From a virus (taxonomy: Duplodnaviria > Caudoviricetes), in the IMG/VR virus record IMGVR_UViG_3300005259_000074, positions 160,001 to 224,000 of that record: DNA of 64,000 nucleotides; one strand, written 5' to 3'. How positions within the stretch are numbered: the stretch's first letter is position 1; each line of letters begins with the position of its first letter. A model generated the notes under the pieces. That model worked only from the letters and a program-made list of their open reading frames with translations, did not search any database and was not told where the DNA came from. Below are positions 9,585 through 15,141 of this stretch, in pieces. The translations under genes and the position numbers were made by a program.

Positions 9585-9890
9585 TCATAGGTTCGATAAT
9601 TCATTATCTGTTTCATTTGCTATTTCAGCGAGGATTTCTGCGTGGCAATATTTTGGAGAGCACCAACATCCCAAGATCTTGTCTTTCAATTCACATCTTA
9701 CTTTTTCTCTCAGTTCTATGTTCTCATTCAGCCATTTTTTGAACTTGAGGATCACTTCATTCCGATTTCCATCTTTTCCAATCTCGAACGGATTTCCGAA
9801 TGGACTTGGCCGTCCCACATAAACATCATATGTCGTCTTTTTGCAGTGCACGACATACTTAGCGTATTTTCTCTTGGAAGATTTTGACAT
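9585..9890 (-). CDS. DUF4326 family protein
   Basis: YDVYVGRPSPFGNPF...LGCWCSPKYCHAEILA. Confidence 0.85.
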   Translation of the reverse strand: MSKSSKRKYAKYVVHCKKTTYDVYVGRPSPFGNPFEIGKDGNRNEVILKFKKWLNENIELREKVRCELKDKILGCWCSPKYCHAEILAEIANETDNELSNL

Positions 9891-9897
9891 ATGAAGT

Positions 9898-9969
9898 AGC
9901 CCAAAATCGGTGCCGACCCGATGACCTCGTCCTTACCAAGGACGTGCTCTACCGCTGAGCTACTTGGGC
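9898..9969 (-). tRNA. tRNA-Thr(GGT), no encoded CCA
   Basis: Cloverleaf; CGTCC-TT GGT AA-GGACG. Confidence 0.85.
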
Positions 9970-9975
9970 ATATGT

Positions 9976-10049
9976 TGGTGCGGTTAGGGAATTACGATAT
10001 CCCGATTGCTGTCTGGCAGGCAGCCGTCTTTCCTCTAGACTATAACCGC
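9976..10049 (-). tRNA. tRNA-Gly(GCC)
   Basis: GCTGC-CT GCC AG-ACAGC; CCA end. Confidence 0.85.
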
Positions 10050-10060
10050 AATGTAATTAT

Positions 10061-10453
10061 TTACCCTCTCAGGCAGCTTCCACAAGCTCCAGAAGGTTTG
10101 CAGTCTTCTGGACACCTTGTCATATCTTCTTCGTCTCTGTACTTCTCGATCATTGTCTTAGCTGTGAAGATCAACGCGCGATTTCTAGCGCCTTTCATCG
10201 TCTTGGAGTATGGAGTGACCTCTAAAAATCCTTTCCACGTGACGAATCCCCTATAAGTCTTACCCACGCTGAACACGTGGACTCTGACATCTTTCGCTGG
10301 GTCACAGTGATATCTGTTATCTCGCTCTTTCACCCACTTAGCTTTCTTGAAGACCTGCAATCGTTCTTTCACGTCGAACAGAGTTGGATGATACTTGACA
10401 TCGTCTTCTGAGAACGATATGTCTATCTTCTGCATGATCGTGAAATTGTCCAT
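10061..10453 (-). CDS. Hypothetical protein
   Basis: 130 aa ORF with a Cys-rich tail. Confidence 0.6.
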   Translation of the reverse strand: MDNFTIMQKIDISFSEDDVKYHPTLFDVKERLQVFKKAKWVKERDNRYHCDPAKDVRVHVFSVGKTYRGFVTWKGFLEVTPYSKTMKGARNRALIFTAKTMIEKYRDEEDMTRCPEDCKPSGACGSCLRG

Positions 10454-10454
10454 G

Positions 10455-10649
10455 TCATCTTCTCACTTCTGGTATTGGAAGTCCTTCTTCTCTCAGCATT
10501 TCTATCCCATCATCGATAGCTTCTTCTAGAATCTCTAGAGCTTTCACTTGGTCTCTATCAATACCCGACAGATGAGGAAAATCTTTGCACACGGCGATGA
10601 ACTCACCGTGTTCTTCGTCGTACACAATGATCTTGTTGTAGTGTGACAT
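10455..10649 (-). CDS. HicB-like antitoxin N-terminal domain only
   Basis: YDEEHGEFIAVCKDFPHLSG...ALEILEEAI...LREEGLPIP matches the HicB partial RNase H fold pattern; no DNA-binding domain. Confidence 0.75.
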   Translation of the reverse strand: MSHYNKIIVYDEEHGEFIAVCKDFPHLSGIDRDQVKALEILEEAIDDGIEMLREEGLPIPEVRR

Positions 10650-10724
10650 TGGTATCCTCTGTAGGTAACGAGCCTACGACCTTCGCGATGTGAACGCGAT
10701 GCTCTACAACTGAGCTAAGAGGAC
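10650..10724 (-). tRNA. tRNA-Val(CAC)
   Basis: TCGCG-TT CAC AT-CGCGA; CCA end. Confidence 0.85.
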
Positions 10725-10735
10725 AAGAAACTTCA

Positions 10736-11041
10736 TCATTTCCACAATTTGTACCAAGAGAACGGCTTCGGCCACTGATCGTTAGGCCTTGGACAGAACA
10801 CCAACGCAGTCTCAGCACCACCAAGTCCCGACTCGGTCATCAACACGTATTTGTCGAACTTCTTGGCGTTCTCAAATTCTCTGTCGTTGAGCTTACAGAT
10901 GCACTTCCTGAAAGACTTGTCTAGCCATAGGTCGTAGTCTGCGTCTTTCCCAGAGAACTGCCTGTCGGCCGCTAACACTCCGTGCCCGACGGCCAGCATA
11001 GCGTGTCCTATGTCGATAGACTCTCTGACCAAGATGTACAT
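10736..11041 (-). CDS. Pth2-family peptidyl-tRNA hydrolase
   Basis: MYILVR...GHAMLAVGHG...WL...FRKCICK...ESG...ETALVFCP pattern. Confidence 0.7.
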   Translation of the reverse strand: MYILVRESIDIGHAMLAVGHGVLAADRQFSGKDADYDLWLDKSFRKCICKLNDREFENAKKFDKYVLMTESGLGGAETALVFCPRPNDQWPKPFSWYKLWK

Positions 11042-11054
11042 CCTGGTGCTGCAC

Positions 11055-11240
11055 TCAGTCGAAGTCGTCGTACTCACTGTACTTGTCCATTTCTACGTCA
11101 TCTAGGAGTTCTTCGATGAGCTTCTTCTCAGACACTCGTTTTTCGTTGCGGTTCTTCATCGTCTTCTCTTGTGGGTTGACTTCCCACATTTTGCGTGTCA
11201 ATTTGTAGGACGGCGTCTTCTGGTGCTTCTTAGAGCTCAT
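11055..11240 (-). CDS. Small hypothetical protein
   Basis: 61 aa ORF. Confidence 0.55.
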   Translation of the reverse strand: MSSKKHQKTPSYKLTRKMWEVNPQEKTMKNRNEKRVSEKKLIEELLDDVEMDKYSEYDDFD

Positions 11241-11398
11241 TTCATCTTTCTCTTCTTGATAACTGTACTGCGTCTAGCTCTCTTCCAGAATTCCTCAGTG
11301 AGTTCTGGAATGTCTGAATAGTCTATTTCAGAATCTTTCATCGCCCTGAGTCTGTCGATGTCATCTTGTTTTATCTTTCGTGTAGAGCGATCTACCAT
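11237..11398 (-). CDS. BrnA-antitoxin-like N-terminal peptide (53 aa)
   Basis: Hand-translated: MVDRSTRKIKQDDIDRLRAMKDSEIDYSDIPELTEEFWKRARRSTVIKKRKMK. Confidence 0.7.
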   Translation of the reverse strand: MVDRSTRKIKQDDIDRLRAMKDSEIDYSDIPELTEEFWKRARRSTVIKKRKMK

Positions 11399-11553
11399 TC
11401 TGTGATAGTCTTTCTGAAATCTTCTTTCGGAAGATTCTTATACCTGCGAACTTTCTTCTTGCAGTAAGGACAGCGTTCTCCTTCGCTCACGAGTGCGTGA
11501 TCGCAACATGGACACCAAGAATGCCTGTATCTGTGTAAAGGGCCGCGCTTCAT
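11392..11553 (-). CDS. Small Zn-ribbon protein
   Basis: CPCC...CPYC; start moved to MKRGP so it does not overlap the tRNA. Confidence 0.6.
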   Translation of the reverse strand: MKRGPLHRYRHSWCPCCDHALVSEGERCPYCKKKVRRYKNLPKEDFRKTITEW

Positions 11554-11556
11554 AAT

Positions 11557-11631
11557 TGGTAGGAGTAGAGGAAATCGAATCCCCATAGCCGACGTGTAGA
11601 GTCGGTGCACTTACCGTTGTGCTATACTCCC
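11557..11631 (-). tRNA. tRNA-Val(TAC) with C33
   Basis: CCGAC-TC TAC AC-GTCGG; CCA end. Confidence 0.75.
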
Positions 11632-11639
11632 ATAACAAA

Positions 11640-11740
11640 GTCTAGATCGAGCAAGTTTGGAGCGGTCCGGACATTTTACTGCAGCAATCTGTCCAAACAT
11701 CCTAAAGCATCTAATTATATATTTCTTGCTCGACCTAGAC
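11640..11740 (-). ncRNA. Candidate ~100 nt structured RNA
   Basis: 16-bp terminal stem GTCTAGGTCGAGCAAG/CTTGCTCGATCTAGAC plus an internal GGACA/TGTCC hairpin. Confidence 0.5.
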
Positions 11741-11752
11741 CCATAAATCATC

Positions 11753-11887
11753 TGGTGCCTATAACCGGTCTCACGACCAGTAACCCTCCCGACTCCTCGA
11801 CTGTTGGTCTAGCAGATTTACCATGGCACTCTGCTATACTCTGTCGCACCCTCGTTCGCGTGAAAGCAATCGATTGCTTTCCTAGGC
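11753..11887 (-). ncRNA. Multi-arm tRNA-like RNA ending in ACCA
   Basis: Acceptor GCCTAGG/TATAGGC-A-CCA with a T-arm-like hairpin and extra hairpins. Confidence 0.55.
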
Positions 11888-11908
11888 TGGCGCTTGACGT
11901 ATCAAGCG
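11888..11908 (-). ncRNA. CCA-tailed microhelix
   Basis: CGCTTGA-TACG-TCAAGCG-CCA. Confidence 0.45.
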
Positions 11909-11912
11909 TAAA

Positions 11913-11986
11913 TGGTCCCTCCAGCAGATCTCGAAACTGCGTCTCGGGCTTATGAAACCCGCGTTCTTCCTGTGAACTATAGAGGG
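11913..11986 (-). tRNA. tRNA-Met/Ile2(CAT)
   Basis: CGGGT-TT CAT AA-GCCCG; CCA end. Confidence 0.8.
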
Positions 11987-11996
11987 ATAATGCACG

Positions 11997-12070
11997 TGGT
12001 ACTCCTTGAGGGTTCGAAACCTCGACCTCTTCCATGTCACGGAAGTGCTCTACAACTGAGCTAAAGGAGC
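11997..12070 (-). tRNA. tRNA-Val(GAC)
   Basis: CTTCC-GT GAC AT-GGAAG; 5' end overlaps the NADAR stop codon. Confidence 0.85.
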
Positions 12071-12501
12071 ATGAGATCGTTCTTGACTGTCCTTCTGATG
12101 TTCTTCCTTATCAGCATGATCATCTTACCTAGTACGTTCTTCCCAGTGCCTTTGCACTGGCTGCAATAACATACTCCCCAGCAGCGGTCGTGCCACGTGT
12201 TGCCTTCTTCGAGGTACTGATCGCCTGTGTCTAGCAACTTCTGCCTCAACACTGGGTCTCTGAACTTGTAGACCAGAAGTCGGTACATCACTCGGTACTT
12301 CTTGACTTCCCAGTCTGGAACCATTGAACAGACTTGACCTGCTCTCTTGGCTTGCCCTGGAGATGGGAGGTGAGCGATGTACTTCCTAGTCGAGGGACTA
12401 GATGCTTTCGCAGCTTGGTAGTAGTGCTCGATAGTCTTTCCGTTCGGGAACTTCGAAAAATTGGAGAGCCAACGAGTGTCGCCGCGAAATTCCTTGATCA
12501 T
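12061..12501 (-). CDS. NADAR (YbiA/DUF1768) family protein
   Basis: WLSNF, EHYYQAAK, M..L...KF....L...LL.TG...L.EGN.WHD..WG....GKNVLGK. Confidence 0.9.
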   Translation of the reverse strand: MIKEFRGDTRWLSNFSKFPNGKTIEHYYQAAKASSPSTRKYIAHLPSPGQAKRAGQVCSMVPDWEVKKYRVMYRLLVYKFRDPVLRQKLLDTGDQYLEEGNTWHDRCWGVCYCSQCKGTGKNVLGKMIMLIRKNIRRTVKNDLMLL

Positions 12502-12608
12502 CTCATCCTCTTCGTTTGAATTTTCCCGAGCTCCTTCGCGTCTATCCGGTCCTGGCAGGCGGCGACGTGTAGTGCCGCTCTTCGAGTCGAAGAAGGGACC
12601 CTCGAGAA

Positions 12609-12682
12609 TGGAGCACTGTGGGAATTCTGACATCCCAACTGCAACTTGGGAAGTTGCGGTCTTTCCTTTAGACTAACAGTGC
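12609..12682 (-). tRNA. tRNA-Gly(CCC)
   Basis: GCAAC-TT CCC AA-GTTGC; CCA end. Confidence 0.85.
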
Positions 12683-12685
12683 AGA

Positions 12686-12759
12686 TGGTGCGAGTAGAGA
12701 ATTCCGACATCTCGTCGCTAGTTTGGAAAACTAGGGTCCTTCCTCTGAACGATACTCGC
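12686..12759 (-). tRNA. tRNA-Gly(TCC)
   Basis: CTAGT-TT TCC AA-ACTAG; CCA end. Confidence 0.85.
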
Positions 12760-12891
12760 ATTAACACTCGGACTACTGATCCCTCTCCGGTCTCGACTAT
12801 ACGGTGACCTCGAGTGGATCCTTCATCCGAATCTGGCTCGGATAGATGTGGAGAGCGTCTATACGGTTCTTCACGTCTATTCGAAAACTTC

Positions 12892-12967
12892 TGGCGCATC
12901 CAAGGAGTGCTGACCTCCTGACCTGCGGATCGACAATCCGCTGCACTAACCGTTGTGCTATGGATGC
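12892..12967 (-). tRNA. tRNA-Asp(GTC)
   Basis: GCGGA-TT GTC GA-TCCGC; G73, CCA end. Confidence 0.85.
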
Positions 12968-12982
12968 ATGATCTAATATACT

Positions 12983-13056
12983 TGGTACTCCATAGCGGTG
13001 TTGATCCGCTTCCTCATGGCTGAGAACCATGTGGTCTACCGTTAACCTAATGGAGC
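12983..13056 (-). tRNA. tRNA-Glu(CTC)
   Basis: CATGG-TT CTC AG-CCATG; CCA end. Confidence 0.85.
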
Positions 13057-13064
13057 ATGAATTC

Positions 13065-13140
13065 TGGTGGACGCAGTGGTAATCGAAACCACATTCTCCG
13101 GGTGCAAACCGAAAGTAATAAACCGTTATACTATGCGCCC
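13065..13140 (-). tRNA. tRNA-Ala(TGC)
   Basis: TT TGC AC loop; G3.U70; CCA end. Confidence 0.88.
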
Positions 13141-13296
13141 TGTTGAATCTCTAAAGATTCATAAAGATAAATCAAACTGCCGCTCCTGTCAATGAAGACC
13201 AATTGAATCTTCACGAGAGCGATCTTCTCTCATTGCAACGCACTGAGATCTATCCGGACTACAACCGGAGTTCGATAGGCGGACGTCTCCGCTTTC

Positions 13297-13372
13297 TGGT
13301 GGATACGGGAGGTGATCGAAACCTCTCTTGCAAGATGCGAACCTGCCGTGCAGCCATCTACACTACCGACCC
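13297..13372 (-). tRNA. tRNA-Ala(CGC)
   Basis: GCAGG-TT CGC AT-CTTGC; G3.U70; bulged acceptor; CCA end. Confidence 0.8.
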
Positions 13373-13393
13373 ATAATAATGATGCATCTGACT

Positions 13394-13469
13394 TGGAGCC
13401 TACGGGCAAGGATTTGAACCGCCATCCATCGGGTACAGACCGATGATTCTACCTTTGAACTACGCAGGC
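13394..13469 (-). tRNA. tRNA-Thr(TGT) with C33
   Basis: ATCGG-TC TGT AC-CCGAT; CCA end. Confidence 0.75.
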
Positions 13470-13478
13470 ATGAAAAAC

Positions 13479-13562
13479 TGTAACAGAGGTGGAGAGTTGA
13501 ACCCACAATGCGTTTCCGCCTGGGTTATGAGCCCAGTTAGCCTACCGAGGCTCGTCTCTGTA
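13479..13562 (-). tRNA. Initiator-like tRNA-Met(CAT) with long variable arm
   Basis: TGGG-CT CAT AA-CCCA, 1:72 mismatch, GCGGAAACGC variable hairpin. Confidence 0.7.
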
Positions 13563-13565
13563 ATC

Positions 13566-13654
13566 TGGTGGAGAGGGAACGATTCGAACGTCCGACACAG
13601 AGCCCTAATTCAAACATCAGTTGGCTCCTGCTCTACCGCTGAGCTACCTACTCC
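13566..13654 (-). tRNA. Atypical tRNA with extended anticodon arm (identity unclear)
   Basis: Normal D and T arms and CCA, but 20 nt lie between the GGAGC and GCTCT stem strands. Confidence 0.65.
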
Positions 13655-13671
13655 ATTATTTCTATGAAGAG

Positions 13672-13745
13672 CTCCTGTGGCATGGCTCGAACATGCGACT
13701 TGGAGATTAACAATCTCCCGTTCATACCGACTGAACTACACAGGA
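13672..13745 (-). tRNA. tRNA-Asn(GTT), CCA-less, acceptor extended by 14 bp
   Basis: GGAGA-TT GTT AA-TCTCC; flanks 13659-13672 and 13746-13759 are complementary. Confidence 0.85.
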
Positions 13746-13761
13746 GCTCTTCATAGAAAGT

Positions 13762-13837
13762 TGGCTCACTTGGCTTGATTCGAACAAGCATGTTCAGAGT
13801 TAACAGCTCTGCCTACTGCCAATTGTAGTACAAGTGA
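13762..13837 (-). tRNA. tRNA-Asn(GTT)
   Basis: CAGAG-CT GTT AA-CTCTG; G73, CCA end. Confidence 0.88.
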
Positions 13838-13975
13838 ATAAGAAATTAGACTGGTCGCTCTTCCGCTGAGCTATCGTGTACATTCTACTTCGTTAGCTGG
13901 ACTCAGTAGAAGTAGGTCCTCCGCGTGCACTCATCAGACCACTCACGAGTCGGATTTGAACCGACGTCTTCCAGT
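13838..13975 (-). tRNA. Circularly permuted tRNA-like gene C (3' half 13975-13941, then 5' half 13880-13838)
   Basis: CCAGT/ACTGG anticodon stem and CACGA/TCGTG acceptor pair only in permuted order; canonical D and T arms. Confidence 0.7.
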
Positions 13976-13996
13976 TGATGGTGTCTCTAGGGCACC
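13976..13996 (-). ncRNA. Minihelix ending A-TCA (CCA-like)
   Basis: GGTGCCCTAGAGACACC-A-TCA; near-identical hairpin recurs at ~14590-14606. Confidence 0.4.
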
Positions 13997-14080
13997 TTAA
14001 TGAGTGCGAGTGTTCTACCATTAAACTACCAGCAAGGTATTTCACTCGCCAGCTTGGAATCGAACCAAGACCTCTCGCTT
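13997..14080 (-). tRNA. Circularly permuted tRNA-like gene B (3' half 14080-14045, then 5' half 14035-13997)
   Basis: CTCGC/GCGAG anticodon stem; TTGCTGG/CTGGCGA acceptor; G73; 9-nt linker. Confidence 0.72.
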
Positions 14081-14114
14081 TGGTGGAACGCCGCTCTTTT
14101 CATAACCGCGCCCC
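14081..14114 (-). ncRNA. 34-nt Ala-type minihelix with ACCA end
   Basis: GGGGCGC...GCGTTCC-A-CCA with G3.U70 and A73. Confidence 0.55.
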
Positions 14115-14305
14115 ATAAATGCCTCGACACATTAGCCGCTATGCTACTAGTGCCAACAAATCCACTGAAAAGCATGGTTGTGTTGCAACACAGTTCTCTC
14201 CTAGAAGAGAACGCTCGTCAGTTTCATTGAGGTGTCGAAACGCGGTTGCAATCCGCTTTACGACCTATTGCACAAGTTGGGATTTGAACCCAACTCTTCG
14301 AGGGT
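14115..14305 (-). tRNA. Circularly permuted tRNA-like gene A (3' half 14305-14269, then 5' half 14153-14115)
   Basis: TCGAGG/CCTCGA anticodon stem; GCACTAG/CTTGTGC acceptor; 115-nt structured linker. Confidence 0.72.
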
Positions 14306-14381
14306 TGGTGGTGTCGGCGGGCAATGATCCCACAACTTTCCGGGTAAGAGCCGGATACTCTGCCAATTGAGTTACGACACC
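14306..14381 (-). tRNA. tRNA-Lys(CTT)
   Basis: TCCGG-CT CTT AC-CCGGA; CCA end. Confidence 0.88.
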
Positions 14382-14388
14382 TTGAATC

Positions 14389-14512
14389 TGGTAACGGACC
14401 TACATTTAGTAGTGCCTCATGGGCTATGTTGCCCAGCGTGCTGCCCCGCCAAATGTTTCTATCCGGGGCGAGGTGACGCAGTGATGGTTCTGCGCCTTTA
14501 CACCATTCCGTA
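14389..14512 (-). ncRNA. Multi-arm tRNA-like RNA ending in ACCA
   Basis: ACGGA/TCCGT acceptor, D-arm-like 5' TGGTGTAAAGG, three internal hairpins, degenerate T arm. Confidence 0.55.
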
Positions 14513-14520
14513 ATAAACTG

Positions 14521-14588
14521 TAGCGGAGCTGGATTCGATACCAGATCACCAGGTTATGAGCCTAGTATGCTACTTACACCACCCCGCA
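14521..14588 (-). tRNA. Initiator-like tRNA-Met(CAT)
   Basis: TGCGGGG/CTCCGCT with 1:72 mismatch; CTAGG-CT CAT AA-CCTGG. Confidence 0.72.
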
Positions 14589-14940
14589 TGTTGGTGTCTC
14601 TAGGACACCATAAAGAGTCATCAGTTGACGCTCTCCGAGCGATCATCAGAGGTGGAGAAGTTTCTTAGACAGAGATGAATCTTGACGGGACCATTTGAGT
14701 TGGGTAAAAACCCACGTGAGGTCCTTCGTGGCACATGTCTGTCAGACGCCGGCTGCTCAGCAACCGACATCGCTCCTCCACCTCGGATGACCACTGGAAA
14801 GCGATCACCTGAGAATAATCCTCATTTTCAAAGAACGGTGCATGAGCTTTAGTAGCACGCATATCTCTCAGTCTGTTCAGCTAGCGACTTGCGCCTCTAG
14901 CATCTGAAAGCTCTCGCGACTCATGCTGAGTCCATTTTGT
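14589..14940 (-). ncRNA. Candidate ~350 nt structured RNA of unknown class
   Basis: TCATCCGAGGTGGAG/CTCCACCTCTGATGA long-range helix plus several local hairpins. Confidence 0.5.
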
Positions 14941-14942
14941 CT

Positions 14943-15017
14943 TGGTGCGCTCGGAGAATTTTGAAATCTCGACTCTCTGGTTAAAAGCCAGATACTCTGC
15001 CTCTGAGTTACGAGCGC
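14943..15017 (-). tRNA. tRNA-Lys(TTT)
   Basis: TCTGG-CT TTT AA-CCAGA; CCA end. Confidence 0.9.
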
Positions 15018-15055
15018 ATATTTCTAATCAGCACCTGAGACTTTCACATCTCATT

Positions 15056-15132
15056 TGGTGGGAGAACCGGGTTTCGATTCCGGATATCCTGCTCTTCAGG
15101 CAGGAGCTCTTGACCGTTTGAGCTATTCTCCC
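15056..15132 (-). tRNA. tRNA-Phe(GAA)
   Basis: CCTGC-CT GAA GA-GCAGG; CCA end. Confidence 0.88.
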
Positions 15133-15141
15133 ATAAACTTC

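Noticed and set aside
11557-11631. Amber suppressor (CTCTA in the loop)
   Set aside because: The 5-bp CCGAC/GTCGG stem centres TAC in a 7-nt loop; CTA would need a 9-nt loop
13838-14153. Reading the halves as ordinary intron-split tRNAs (5'A+3'B, 5'B+3'C)
   Set aside because: Acceptor and anticodon stems do not pair in those combinations; they pair only in the permuted order
13881-14268. Hammerhead or HDV/theta ribozymes in the linkers (CTGATGAG, CTGACGAG, CGAA)
   Set aside because: The GAAA after stem II is missing and the nested pseudoknot could not be built by eye; needs a descriptor search
14589-14940. tmRNA, RNase P RNA or group I intron
   Set aside because: No tmRNA acceptor or T-arm ends, no GAGGAAAGUCC, no complementary P7 partner; the ENEDYSQVIA frame has no following stop
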